Assembly: GCA_009691255.1 (NCBI GenBank)
Contig: SHUT01000001.1
Location: 865 to 64,864 of the forward strand
Source of the DNA: Ilumatobacteraceae bacterium
Lineage (GTDB): Bacteria > Actinomycetota > Acidimicrobiia > Acidimicrobiales > Ilumatobacteraceae
Direction: 5' to 3'
Length of the DNA: 64,000 bases
Part shown: positions 49,709 through 59,732 of the stretch, piece by piece
How positions within the stretch are numbered: position 1 is the first letter of the stretch
Layout of the letters: each line of letters opens with the position of its first letter
Position numbers and translations under genes: made by a program
The notes under the pieces: model-generated
Told to the model about the DNA's origin: nothing
The model's input: only the letters and a program-made list of their open reading frames with translations
Database searches by the model: none

Positions 49709-50569
49709 ATGAGTACAGCAGTCATCATCTCACTAGTAATCGCCGCAGCAGTCGTGCTGGGCGCTGCAGTGCTGTTCACGTCTGCTCGCCGCAGCGGGGT
49801 ACGTGGTGGTGGTGTGCTGTCGCGCGAGACCCGGCAGCGTGACCGCAAAACACAGAGTGCGCCTGATGCAGAAATTTCGGGCAGGGATATTGAGCGCGAG
49901 GCAAACGCAACTCGTAGCGGAGTGTTGGTCAAGGCATCACGACCGGAGCTACAGGAGTGGTCACCTCCAGATGAAGAAACTCTTGGTGTCACTCGGCGAC
50001 AGTTCTTTAATCGCGCCACAGTTACATTGATGACGGCAAGTTTGGGTGGGTTTGGAGCGGCGTGCATCGGGTTTTTGTGGAAAGGTGCAACGGGCGGATT
50101 TGGTTCCAAGATTTCTGTCGGAAAAATTGATGACGTGATTCAGTCAATTCGAGTCAATAAAGGTTTCTTGTATCTCTCTGAAGCGCGTTCGTGGGTAACG
50201 GAGTATCCAAAAGATGCAATCGGCAAAGCAAAACTTATCTACGGCAAACAAGTACCCGTGTACTCAGGCATGGAAGCCGGAGTCGTGGCGCTCTACCAGA
50301 AGTGTCCACATCTTGGTTGTCGTGTTCCGGAGTGCAAGAGTTCGCAGTGGTTCGAATGCCCGTGTCATGGTTCGCAATACAATCGCGTCGGTGAAAAAAA
50401 AGGTGGACCAGCGCCACGCGGAATGGATCGTTTTGGTGTATCAATCACTAATGGCGTGCTGGTGATCGACACTGGCGCAGTATTCGCTGGTCCCGCAATC
50501 GGGACAAACACCACAGGGCAAGAGGCCGAAGGGCCCCATTGCATAGGCACTGTCGGAGGTCACCACTGA
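49709..50569 (+). CDS. Rieske [2Fe-2S] subunit
   Basis: CPHLGC and CPCHGSQY boxes; internal TRRQFF Tat motif. Confidence 0.95.
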   Translation: MSTAVIISLVIAAAVVLGAAVLFTSARRSGVRGGGVLSRETRQRDRKTQSAPDAEISGRDIEREANATRSGVLVKASRPELQEWSPPDEETLGVTRRQFFNRATVTLMTASLGGFGAACIGFLWKGATGGFGSKISVGKIDDVIQSIRVNKGFLYLSEARSWVTEYPKDAIGKAKLIYGKQVPVYSGMEAGVVALYQKCPHLGCRVPECKSSQWFECPCHGSQYNRVGEKKGGPAPRGMDRFGVSITNGVLVIDTGAVFAGPAIGTNTTGQEAEGPHCIGTVGGHH

Positions 50570-51630
50570 TGCTCTCGTCAGTCAGCACATCTATCGCAAC
50601 AGTGATCCTGCTGATTGCAGTTGGAGGATGGATCCTCTATGCCATCTTTAATGCGCGCGCAACACGTGCAGAAGTTGGCTCAGAGATTGAGCTTGCTGCG
50701 AACCGCAAAGAGTATTACGACGACGAGATTCTGGAGGGGCGCAAGATTGAGCGCACTCAGTTATTGGGCATTCTTTTCCTGGCCATTGTTACTGTTGCGC
50801 TTCCGCTGTACTGGGTGCTCGAACCCAGTCGACAAGCCGGAGCGATCGTTGGCTTTGATAAGAGATTCGTGAATTGGGGTGCAGGGCTTTTTGCTCCGAC
50901 AGCAGAAGGTGGATTCAACTGCGCCGGATGTCACGGTGGCATGAAGGCAACGGGTGGAGTCGCACCATTCGCCATCACAGATCCAAAGACAGGCGAAGTT
51001 AAATCAGTGAACTGGAAAGCTCCTGCGTTGAACACCGTGCTCTATCGATTTACTGAAGAGGAAATACGTTTCGTCTTGAACTACGGACGACCGTTCTCTC
51101 CGATGTCGGCGTGGGGAACAATTGGTGGTGGTCCAATGAACGATCAGCAGATCACTACCTTGATCTCGTATATGAAGAGCATTCAGATTCCGCGTGATAA
51201 CTGCGCCAATCTAAAAGATGATCCCAAGACGTGCGCAGGCGGAACGTTGCCGATTGACAAGAACGCCGAACTCCAAGCAGAAGCAGAGCGACTTGTTGCT
51301 GCCGGAACGTATGGTTCGCTCGGAGAAGCATTTTTTAATCTCAATCTGTATGGCGGTGGTTACTCGTGCGCGCGTTGTCACACCAAGGGATACTCATACG
51401 GAGATCCACAAGTCACCGGCGGCGGCGCATTTGGACCAAACCTTACGGGTGGGTCGACTGTGCGTCAGTTTCCAAATCAAAAAGACATGCTGGATTTCAT
51501 TAAGGGCGGTTCTGAATTAGGTAAGCGCTACGGAGAACAAGGTCAAGGCAGTGGTCGCATGCCAGCGTTTGGTGGGCTATATACAGAGAGTCAACTCACG
51601 ACCATTATCGAATACGTGCGGGGGTTGTGA
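50569..51630 (+). CDS. Membrane-bound diheme cytochrome c
   Basis: Two TMs, CAGCH and CARCH, Met ligands PMSAW and RMPAF. Confidence 0.9.
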   Translation: MLSSVSTSIATVILLIAVGGWILYAIFNARATRAEVGSEIELAANRKEYYDDEILEGRKIERTQLLGILFLAIVTVALPLYWVLEPSRQAGAIVGFDKRFVNWGAGLFAPTAEGGFNCAGCHGGMKATGGVAPFAITDPKTGEVKSVNWKAPALNTVLYRFTEEEIRFVLNYGRPFSPMSAWGTIGGGPMNDQQITTLISYMKSIQIPRDNCANLKDDPKTCAGGTLPIDKNAELQAEAERLVAAGTYGSLGEAFFNLNLYGGGYSCARCHTKGYSYGDPQVTGGGAFGPNLTGGSTVRQFPNQKDMLDFIKGGSELGKRYGEQGQGSGRMPAFGGLYTESQLTTIIEYVRGL

Positions 51631-52448
51631 TGGCGTTGGCGTTGTTGGCGATTAACTGGGAACCAGAAATTCGCGGAATCCTTGTTGTTCTCATCATGGT
51701 GATGTGTCTGATTGGCGGAACCTATTTGGTTATGGCCACTAATGTTGGCGTACGACTCGGATTCATGATTGTGGTAGCAGGGTTGGCCGGATGGATGATG
51801 CTGATGGCCGCTGTGTGGTGGATATACGGCATCGGTCTGAAGGGTGAAATGCCGTCATGGAAACCAGCGGCCCCTATCACGATTGTGCGAGATGGCTCAC
51901 TGTTGAGTAGCGCCGAAGTTGTTGATGAAGCCATCGTGACTGACGGGCAAGCACCAATGGAAGCTGCGGCCACGGTGAGTCGTGCGCTGACTGCCCAAAA
52001 GTGGATCACTTTAGATGAAGCCGATCCTCGTCGCGGGCAAGCCGCCGCCGCATCTGATGACATCTTGCAAAATCTCACAAAAGAGTTTGCAGCAGGTGAA
52101 TATGCAACCGTTGCGGTGTATGACCGCGGCGGCGATCGGTATCCAAAAATCAATAAGTCACTTGACTTCTTGGCATTTTTTCATAAGCCCCACTATGCGC
52201 TAGTCGAAGTTGCGCCAGTTATCGCGCAGCGCACTGAACCCGGGCGAGCACCAGCACGACCTATTGTTGACACCAAGCAACCGCATCGCTATGTGGTGAT
52301 GATTCGAGATCTTGGAAAACGACGTCAACCGGCAATCTTCATCGCGTTTGGTGCTGGACTAATTTTTGCTCTGATGTGTTGGTTATTGCATCGTCGCGAC
52401 CAGTTGTCTCGCATTAACCGTGCCGCGCTTAATCCGGCTGATATCTAG
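51630..52448 (+). CDS. Uncharacterised membrane protein between cytochrome c and nuoA
   Basis: Two N-terminal TMs, a soluble domain and a C-terminal TM; coupled to the cytochrome c stop. Confidence 0.8.
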   Translation: MALALLAINWEPEIRGILVVLIMVMCLIGGTYLVMATNVGVRLGFMIVVAGLAGWMMLMAAVWWIYGIGLKGEMPSWKPAAPITIVRDGSLLSSAEVVDEAIVTDGQAPMEAAATVSRALTAQKWITLDEADPRRGQAAAASDDILQNLTKEFAAGEYATVAVYDRGGDRYPKINKSLDFLAFFHKPHYALVEVAPVIAQRTEPGRAPARPIVDTKQPHRYVVMIRDLGKRRQPAIFIAFGAGLIFALMCWLLHRRDQLSRINRAALNPADI

Positions 52449-52457
52449 GTCGCAGTC

Positions 52458-52931
52458 GTGGGTCAGTATCTTCCCGTCATTGCATTGATGATTGTTGCAA
52501 TCTTGTTTGGTGCAATCAGTTTTATCGCCTCCGGATTATTTGCGCCTCGTCGACCAAGTTCTGCCAAAGAAGCACCATATGAATGCGGAATTCTCGCCAG
52601 TCAAGAACCAACACAGAGATTTCCTGTAAGTTTTTATGTGGTGGCAATGTTGTTCATCATGTTCGATATCGAAATCATCTTTACATATCCGTATGCAGTA
52701 GATCGGGAGTTTCTGGGCACATACGGATTCTTTGAGATGATTACGTTTAGCGCTATTTTATTTGTGGCGTTTGTCTACATGATTGCGCGCGGTGCCCTTG
52801 AGTGGGGCCCAATCCACAAACATCAACCGCTTGACACTTCGCTTGAAGGAGCAATCTCAAGTACGCGCACAAGCACTTCAACGATTAAGCGCGTTGGCCA
52901 TGAAGGCCGCAACGAGACAGTCGCCGCCTGA
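52458..52931 (+). CDS. nuoA: NADH-quinone oxidoreductase subunit A
   Basis: YECG, FIMFDIE, GALEW. Confidence 0.96.
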   Translation: MGQYLPVIALMIVAILFGAISFIASGLFAPRRPSSAKEAPYECGILASQEPTQRFPVSFYVVAMLFIMFDIEIIFTYPYAVDREFLGTYGFFEMITFSAILFVAFVYMIARGALEWGPIHKHQPLDTSLEGAISSTRTSTSTIKRVGHEGRNETVAA

Positions 52932-53518
52932 TGGGAGTAGTACGAAACGTTCGTGATGATGGGTTAGGCGGACTCGAGCATAATTTTCTGACCGCTCGCG
53001 TTGAAGATCTAGTGAACTGGTCACGTTCGAGGTCTAGTTGGGGAGTGACTTTTGGGCTTGCGTGTTGTGCAATCGAGATGATGGCAACTGGTGCGTCGCA
53101 CTATGACTTAGCAAGATTTGGAATGGAAATATTCCGAGCTTCTCCGCGGCAGGCAGACATCATGATTGTCGCTGGTCGTGTCAGTCAAAAGATGGCGCCG
53201 GTACTGCGTCAGGTATACGACCAGATGATGGAACCAAAGTGGGTCATCTCAATGGGCGTGTGCGCATCAAGTGGCGGAATGTTTAATAACTATGCCATCG
53301 TTCAGGGCGTAGATCAGATTGTGCCCGTTGACGTTTATGCGCCAGGCTGTCCGCCCACACCAGAAACACTGATTCATGCCATCGAAACATTGCACCAACT
53401 CATCGAAGACGAAACTATTTTGCATCGTCGAAAAGAGCAGGGTGGTGGTGCAAACGTACACATTCTCGAAGTACCTGCAGGCGCAAATGGTGTGTCCATC
53501 AATTTTGGATCGAAGTAG
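52931..53518 (+). CDS. nuoB: NADH-quinone oxidoreductase subunit B
   Basis: [23 protein letters not shown]. Confidence 0.97.
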   Translation: MGVVRNVRDDGLGGLEHNFLTARVEDLVNWSRSRSSWGVTFGLACCAIEMMATGASHYDLARFGMEIFRASPRQADIMIVAGRVSQKMAPVLRQVYDQMMEPKWVISMGVCASSGGMFNNYAIVQGVDQIVPVDVYAPGCPPTPETLIHAIETLHQLIEDETILHRRKEQGGGANVHILEVPAGANGVSINFGSK

Positions 53519-53520
53519 AA

Positions 53521-54024
53521 ATGTCCGACGACGTGACTGAGGTGCAAAATACTGCAGAAGAGCTGCATGGTTGTCCTGTAATCATGTCGCTTGGTCAGCG
53601 AGTTCTACTTGTTGCGCGCGACCAGTATGTTTCTGTGATGAAAGCACTCCTTGACGACACCTTCGATCTGTGCGTTGACTTGACGGCTGTTGATTATTTG
53701 CTGATGCCAACGAGAGTTGTGGGTGCAGGCATAAAGCCAGAGCGTTTTGAGGTCGTAGTAAGTGTTATGTCAATGCAAAAACACGACCGCTTGCGCTTGC
53801 GGGTACAAGTTCCAGCAGATGACGCCACTATCGACACCCTGTTTGATGTGCATCCCGGGACAGAAGCACTCGAACGAGAAGTCTTTGACATGTTTGGCAT
53901 TGTGTTCAATGGTCATCCAGATCCGACCCGCATTTTGATGCCAGAAGACTGGGATGGTCATCCGTTGCGCAAGGACTACGACTTCGGTCGCATTCCAGTC
54001 CAGTTCAAAGGATCGCCAGCATGA
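53521..54024 (+). CDS. nuoC: NADH-quinone oxidoreductase subunit C
   Basis: EREVFDMFGIVF.GHP...RIL...W.GHPLRKDY. Confidence 0.96.
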   Translation: MSDDVTEVQNTAEELHGCPVIMSLGQRVLLVARDQYVSVMKALLDDTFDLCVDLTAVDYLLMPTRVVGAGIKPERFEVVVSVMSMQKHDRLRLRVQVPADDATIDTLFDVHPGTEALEREVFDMFGIVFNGHPDPTRILMPEDWDGHPLRKDYDFGRIPVQFKGSPA

Positions 54025-55364
54025 CTGTTGTCGATGATCGCTTTGCTGCGGCAAATACTGACGAAGGGCATCAAGAACTGCGTTCGCGTAGTCAACTTAC
54101 TGCCAAAGAGGTTCTGCGTGAAGTCGGCGCTGTCTTACGCATGAGCGAAGCACAGGTAGCAGCACTGGCAGAAATAGAGCATGACGCTGGCGAAGATCAA
54201 ACCATGATCATCAATATGGGGCCACAACACCCCAGCACACATGGCGTTCTGCGCCTCATGCTTGAACTACAAGGTGAAACTGTCCTGCGCTGCAAACCAA
54301 TTGTTGGCTACTTGCATACTGGTATGGAAAAAACTGGTGAGCAGCTCACGTACATGCAGGGCGGCACAAACGTTACGCGTATGGATTATGCATCACCTCT
54401 TAATAACGAACTTGTGTTTTCACTCGCCGTAGAAAAACTGCTCGGAATAGATGGAGATATTCCAGAACGCGCTGTATGGATGCGGATGCTCTTGTCTGAA
54501 CTAAATCGGATGAGTAGTCATCTGTTGTTTATGGCGTCAAACGGGATGGATCTCGGGGCTGTTTCGATGATGCTTTATGGATGGCGCGAGCGCGAAGAAG
54601 TTTTGCGCTTTTTCCAAAAAGTTACAGGATTGCGGATGAACCACAACTTCATCCGTCCAGGTGGAGTCGCAGCGGATCTTCCTGCAGGCTGGCGCGATGA
54701 TGTCTTGGATATTCTCGAAAAAATTGAGCCACGCTTGCACGAGTACGACGTCTTAATGACAGGGCAACCAATTTGGCGCGAACGTCTGCAGGGAGTCGGC
54801 GTCATTACCGCCAGTGAAGCTGTCGCCCTCGGTGCAACTGGACCTATCTTGCGGTCGACGGGCGTGGCGTGGGACTTGCGCAGAGACATGCCTTATCTAA
54901 AATATTCAGAATTAGATTTTGATGTTGTCGTGGGCTCGTATGGTGATGCGTTTGATCGCTATGCAATTCGCCTAAATGAGATTCGCGAATCAATGCGCAT
55001 TGTGCATCAGATAGTTGATCGCATGCCGAGTGGTGACTATCGAATTCAGGATAAAAAAGTCACACCGCCACCACGAGCCCGCATTGATGAATCAATGGAA
55101 GCACTTATTCATCACTTTAAGATTTTTACTGAAGGTTTCAAGGTGCCAGAAGGCGAAGTGTATGTCGGTATTGAGAGTCCCCGCGGAGAAATCGGTTGCT
55201 ACATCGTGAGTGACGGATCAGCTAAGCCGTATCGAATGCGAATTCGTCCACCATCTTTTGTCAACTTGCAGACTTTGCCGCACATGATGCGTGGCGGACT
55301 TATCGCTGATGCTGTAGCAGTGATTTCATCAGTCGATCCAGTGCTCGGAGAAGTAGATAGATGA
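54021..55364 (+). CDS. nuoD: NADH-quinone oxidoreductase subunit D
   Basis: NMGPQHPSTHGVLRL, GYLHTGMEK, ESPRGE, DPVLGEVDR. Confidence 0.97.
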   Translation: MTVVDDRFAAANTDEGHQELRSRSQLTAKEVLREVGAVLRMSEAQVAALAEIEHDAGEDQTMIINMGPQHPSTHGVLRLMLELQGETVLRCKPIVGYLHTGMEKTGEQLTYMQGGTNVTRMDYASPLNNELVFSLAVEKLLGIDGDIPERAVWMRMLLSELNRMSSHLLFMASNGMDLGAVSMMLYGWREREEVLRFFQKVTGLRMNHNFIRPGGVAADLPAGWRDDVLDILEKIEPRLHEYDVLMTGQPIWRERLQGVGVITASEAVALGATGPILRSTGVAWDLRRDMPYLKYSELDFDVVVGSYGDAFDRYAIRLNEIRESMRIVHQIVDRMPSGDYRIQDKKVTPPPRARIDESMEALIHHFKIFTEGFKVPEGEVYVGIESPRGEIGCYIVSDGSAKPYRMRIRPPSFVNLQTLPHMMRGGLIADAVAVISSVDPVLGEVDR

Positions 55365-55975
55365 GTCGCTTGACTGACGCACACGTAGCTCTAGCCAAAG
55401 AGATAATCGGTCGATACCCACGACCAAAGTCAGCACTTGTGCTGTTATTGCACTTGGCCCAAGAACAAGACGGTTATATCACTCGCGATGCAATGGTGCA
55501 TATCGCAGAACTTGTTGGTGTCACGTCAGCAGAGGTGTACGGAACAGCTACTTTTTATGAGATGTTTAAGTTCGAACCTGTAGGGAAATACGTTGTCAAT
55601 ATCTGCGGCACTATGTCATGTGCGCTCATGGGCTCAGAAGAATTAATGCACCATGCAGAGCAGCGCTTGGGAATTAAGGCTGGCGGCACTACGCCAGACG
55701 GAATGTTCACGCTCGAACACGCCGAGTGTCAGGCGGCGTGTACAGAGGCCCCGTGCTTGCAAGTCAACTATCGATATCGCTATCGGCTAACCCCTGCAGA
55801 TCTCGATGCATTAATTGATGATTTGTTGGCGAATCGTTTGACGCACGAGATTCCACCACACGGAACAGTGGCCAAAGTGCGACAACATATTCCATCTCAC
55901 CATGGGGTCGGTGTTGTTGCTCCAGAGTCAGTCACCGAGCCACCTGTATGGCTAAACGGGAAGGCGGCACTATGA
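55361..55975 (+). CDS. nuoE: NADH-quinone oxidoreductase subunit E
   Basis: ATFY, CGTMSC, ECQAAC. Confidence 0.95.
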   Translation: MSRLTDAHVALAKEIIGRYPRPKSALVLLLHLAQEQDGYITRDAMVHIAELVGVTSAEVYGTATFYEMFKFEPVGKYVVNICGTMSCALMGSEELMHHAEQRLGIKAGGTTPDGMFTLEHAECQAACTEAPCLQVNYRYRYRLTPADLDALIDDLLANRLTHEIPPHGTVAKVRQHIPSHHGVGVVAPESVTEPPVWLNGKAAL

Positions 55976-57372
55976 CAAGTTCATATTCGCATGCACCTGG
56001 CTTTATTGCGGGAGATCGACCCAAGATTGTGACATCGCGTTTTGAATACGCCGACTCTTACACGATCGAACGGTTTGTCGCTACTGGCGGATACGAGGGG
56101 CTACGCGCTGCACTTTCACGACCTGCACAAACAGTGCACGACGATGTCAAGAGCGCAACAGTGTTGGGCCGTGGTGGCGCAGGTTTTCCTGCCGGAATAA
56201 AGTGGGGATTAACGCCTCAGGGTGTTTGGCCGCGCTATCTAGTTGTCAATGGTGACGAAAGCGAACCAGGCACGTATAAAGACCGACTATTGATGGAACG
56301 AGATCCGCATCAATTAATTGAGGGCTGTTTGATTGCGTGTTATGCAGCAGGTCTGTCGCAGTGCTTCCTATATATACGCGGAGAAATGGCTGTTGCCCAA
56401 GAACGTGTTGCGGAGGCACTCAACGAAGCGTACGCCGCCGGGTATGTCGGTAAAAATATTCTCGGCTCAGATTTCTCTGTCGATATTGTGCTCCATTGGG
56501 GGGCAGGCGCCTATGTTGTCGGCGAAGAAACCGCGCTCATCGAAAGTCTCGAAGGCAATCGTGGAATGCCCCGTCTAAAGCCACCATTCTTTCCTGCTGC
56601 AAATGGTTTATATGGTCAGCCGACAATCGTCAACAACGTAGAGACACTGGCTAACTTGCCGTGGTTGATGACCAACGGCGTTGATGCGTATACATCAATT
56701 GGCACAAAGACATCTCCTGGCACTCGTATGGTTGCAGTGTCGGGCCACGTTGTGCGCCCTGGCGTGTACGAAATAGTCAACGGAACAACTACATTTCGTG
56801 ATCTTTTATACGGCGAAGAATTCTGCGGTGGTATTCGCAATAATAATGCGCTCAAGGCGTTTGTTCCTGGCGGTGGGTCTGCGCCGTGGTTTACGGCAGA
56901 TCAACTCGATCTGCCTTTTGAAGGAAGCCAAGTTGGAGCAGCGGGTTCGATGTTGGGTTCTGGCGCCATCATGGTGATGGACGAGACAACTGATATTCCT
57001 GCTGCCGCTTTGACGCTGACTCGGTTTTATGCACATGAGTCTTGCGGAAAATGCACGCCATGCCGTGAGGGCGGCACGTGGCTTGAGCGCATCTTGAGTC
57101 GTGTCGTTGACGGCAAAGGAACCGAGACAGACTTGGCTCAACTCATTGAAGTTGGTGAATCAATTTGCCCCGGAGACTTTCCGCATGCGTCCAACGAAGC
57201 ATTGGGGCTATCGGCAGTTCCTTTTCCTTACAAGATGACCACAATCTGTTTTGTCGGACCGTCAGCGTATGTTCCAGTGCATTCTGCGCTGACATTGTTT
57301 CGATCAGAGTTTGAAGCACGAATCATAAAAAGAACAATGATCAAAGTAACAGCCGTAGGTGTGTCGTCATGA
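55972..57372 (+). CDS. nuoF: NADH-quinone oxidoreductase subunit F
   Basis: GRGGAGF, DESEPGTYKDR, GAGAY..GEETAL, ESCGKCTPCREG. Confidence 0.96.
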   Translation: MTSSYSHAPGFIAGDRPKIVTSRFEYADSYTIERFVATGGYEGLRAALSRPAQTVHDDVKSATVLGRGGAGFPAGIKWGLTPQGVWPRYLVVNGDESEPGTYKDRLLMERDPHQLIEGCLIACYAAGLSQCFLYIRGEMAVAQERVAEALNEAYAAGYVGKNILGSDFSVDIVLHWGAGAYVVGEETALIESLEGNRGMPRLKPPFFPAANGLYGQPTIVNNVETLANLPWLMTNGVDAYTSIGTKTSPGTRMVAVSGHVVRPGVYEIVNGTTTFRDLLYGEEFCGGIRNNNALKAFVPGGGSAPWFTADQLDLPFEGSQVGAAGSMLGSGAIMVMDETTDIPAAALTLTRFYAHESCGKCTPCREGGTWLERILSRVVDGKGTETDLAQLIEVGESICPGDFPHASNEALGLSAVPFPYKMTTICFVGPSAYVPVHSALTLFRSEFEARIIKRTMIKVTAVGVSS

Positions 57373-59732
57373 GTACAACCGAATCACATAACGAAACTGA
57401 TGCCGTGATAGACCCGAACGCTATATCAATGACAATCAACGGCAAGGTTGTTGCAGCACGCAAAGGCGAATGGATCATTGCTGCTGCTGACCGCACGGAA
57501 GACTTCATTCCGCGGTTTTGCTATCACCCTCGCATGGAGTCTGTGGGTATGTGTCGTCAATGTCTCGTTGAGGTTGAAGGACCCCACGGACCAATGATGG
57601 TGGTGAGTTGCATGACTCCAGTGGCCGAGGGGCAAGTAGTGCGCACCGATACTGACATCGTGAAGCGTATCCAGGAAGGAATGATTGAGTTGTTGTTGGC
57701 AAATCACCCACTCGATTGTCCTGTGTGCGACAAGGGTGGGGAGTGCCCATTGCAAGACCAGGCATTTAGTCATGGTCCAGGCGAAAGCCGATACGTTGAA
57801 GAAAAGCGCCACTACGAAAAACCAATCCCCATCAGCGGTTTGGTTCTCCTTGACCGCGAGAGGTGCATTTTGTGTGATCAATGCACGCGCTTTGCAGACG
57901 AGGTTGCCGGAGACCCTCTCATCACGTTTACGCATCGTGGCAACAACACCCAAGTCATGACATTTCCGGATGAACCATTTGCCTCATACTTTTCCGGAAA
58001 CACTGTGCAGATCTGCCCCGTCGGTGCACTAACTGCAGAACCGTATCGATTCAAGGCGCGTCCATGGGATCTGCAACAACAAGAGAGCACTTGCACAACG
58101 TGCTCAGTCGGATGTCGCACCGTTGTTCAATCAAGCTACGACGAAATATTGCGCTATCAAGGAGTTGATAGTGATCCAGTGAACTGGGGATGGTTGTGCG
58201 ACCGAGGTCGGTTTAACTTCCAATCCACAAACTCTCCAAATCGTCTAGCGACGCCACTCGTAAAAACTGATGCCGGTCTTGTCCCCGAATCATGGACAGT
58301 TGCTCTTGACGAAACAGTGCGAGTATTGCGCCATGCTCGACCTGGTTCAATCGCCATACTTGGTGGTGCCCGTGGCACCAACGAAGACGCTTGGGCATGG
58401 GCTCAACTTGCAGATCTTCTTGGTATAGAAATGCGCGATGCCCAGCTAGACGATGGACTCCCTGCTGAGATTTTTGGATACCCCAATGCCACCATTGACG
58501 ACGCATGCAGTGCTGCGACAGTTATTTTGCTTGCGCCTGACCTAAAAGAAGAACTTCCTGTTTTGTATCTTCGGCTCCGAGGAGCAGCAGAAAAGAAAAA
58601 AATTCGGATCATCGAAATTGCAACGCATGATTCTGGTCTCACTCGCTATGCATGGAAATCAGTAATGCACGAGCCAGGTCAACAGGCAGAAGCAGTGCAA
58701 CATGTTTTGAGCACTCCAGAGATGCAAGAGCAACTTAGTCGCGGCGCGGTAGTGGTAGTGGCCGGACGATCAAACTTGGCCGAGGCTGCTCACAACACGA
58801 TGGCTGCAGTTGACGCCATCGTCACAACTGTTGCTCAGGTCAGCGTGTTACCTGTGTTGCGTCGCGGAAACGTGCGTGGCGCATTATCTCTAGGTCTTGC
58901 TCCACGCATGTCAACTGATGCCGCAGCAATTCTTGAGGCATCTGCAAATGGCAAAGTTGACTGTCTTATCTTGCTCGGGGCAGATCCCCTTAGCGACGTC
59001 CCAGACGCAGATCTTGCTCGTCGTGGTATTGCTGGTGCTCGCTACATCATTGCCATTGATACGTTCTTGAATAAATCATCTGTGCATGCAGACATCGTGT
59101 TGCCAGCTGCGGCATACGGAGAAAAAGATGGCACTACCACCAACCTCGAAGGTCGTGTTACAAACGTGGTGCAGAGCATTACGCCACACGCCACATCGCG
59201 GCCTGATTGGATGATCGCGATCGAACTTGCTGCTCTTTTAGGTAATGACTTGGGTATTTTGACACTTCAAGACATCCAGACGCGCATAACCGAAACTGTC
59301 GTTGGGTTTGATGGGCTTAGCGTGAGCGTTGCCGTTCGAAAAAATGGTGTCCTAATCAGCACGCCACCTATTTCTCCGCTGCAAGTCCATCAGGACGAAA
59401 TCATAAAACGCAATGCGTATGAGTTCCGCCTTGTTGTTGCCCGAAAGTTGTACGACCAAGCAGTTGCAACCGCAATGAGTCAATCTTTGGCCGCACTTGC
59501 GCCAGGAGCAGGGGTGTTTGTGCATCCACTCGATCTCGAGCGCGTCGGGGCCAAGGACGGTTCTTCGGTGCGCGTTAGCAATAATGCGGTATCTGTCATA
59601 TTGCCGGCTCATGCATCAACGGCAGTGATGCGCGGAACCGCGTTCGTTCCGTTTAATCAACAAGGTGTCGATATTCGAGAGTTACTGCAGACGACCAACG
59701 GAGTCACCGATGTACAGATTGCGAACATCTAA
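57369..59732 (+). CDS. nuoG: NADH-quinone oxidoreductase subunit G
   Basis: FCYHP..GMCRQC, HPLDCPVCD..GEC, CILC..C, CPVGAL, N7 motif CTTCSVGC...C. Confidence 0.96.
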   Translation: MSTTESHNETDAVIDPNAISMTINGKVVAARKGEWIIAAADRTEDFIPRFCYHPRMESVGMCRQCLVEVEGPHGPMMVVSCMTPVAEGQVVRTDTDIVKRIQEGMIELLLANHPLDCPVCDKGGECPLQDQAFSHGPGESRYVEEKRHYEKPIPISGLVLLDRERCILCDQCTRFADEVAGDPLITFTHRGNNTQVMTFPDEPFASYFSGNTVQICPVGALTAEPYRFKARPWDLQQQESTCTTCSVGCRTVVQSSYDEILRYQGVDSDPVNWGWLCDRGRFNFQSTNSPNRLATPLVKTDAGLVPESWTVALDETVRVLRHARPGSIAILGGARGTNEDAWAWAQLADLLGIEMRDAQLDDGLPAEIFGYPNATIDDACSAATVILLAPDLKEELPVLYLRLRGAAEKKKIRIIEIATHDSGLTRYAWKSVMHEPGQQAEAVQHVLSTPEMQEQLSRGAVVVVAGRSNLAEAAHNTMAAVDAIVTTVAQVSVLPVLRRGNVRGALSLGLAPRMSTDAAAILEASANGKVDCLILLGADPLSDVPDADLARRGIAGARYIIAIDTFLNKSSVHADIVLPAAAYGEKDGTTTNLEGRVTNVVQSITPHATSRPDWMIAIELAALLGNDLGILTLQDIQTRITETVVGFDGLSVSVAVRKNGVLISTPPISPLQVHQDEIIKRNAYEFRLVVARKLYDQAVATAMSQSLAALAPGAGVFVHPLDLERVGAKDGSSVRVSNNAVSVILPAHASTAVMRGTAFVPFNQQGVDIRELLQTTNGVTDVQIANI

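Noticed and set aside
55838..55870. NuoE EIPPH as another copy of the IPxHLLxR motif
   Set aside because: It lacks the LLxR half; probably chance
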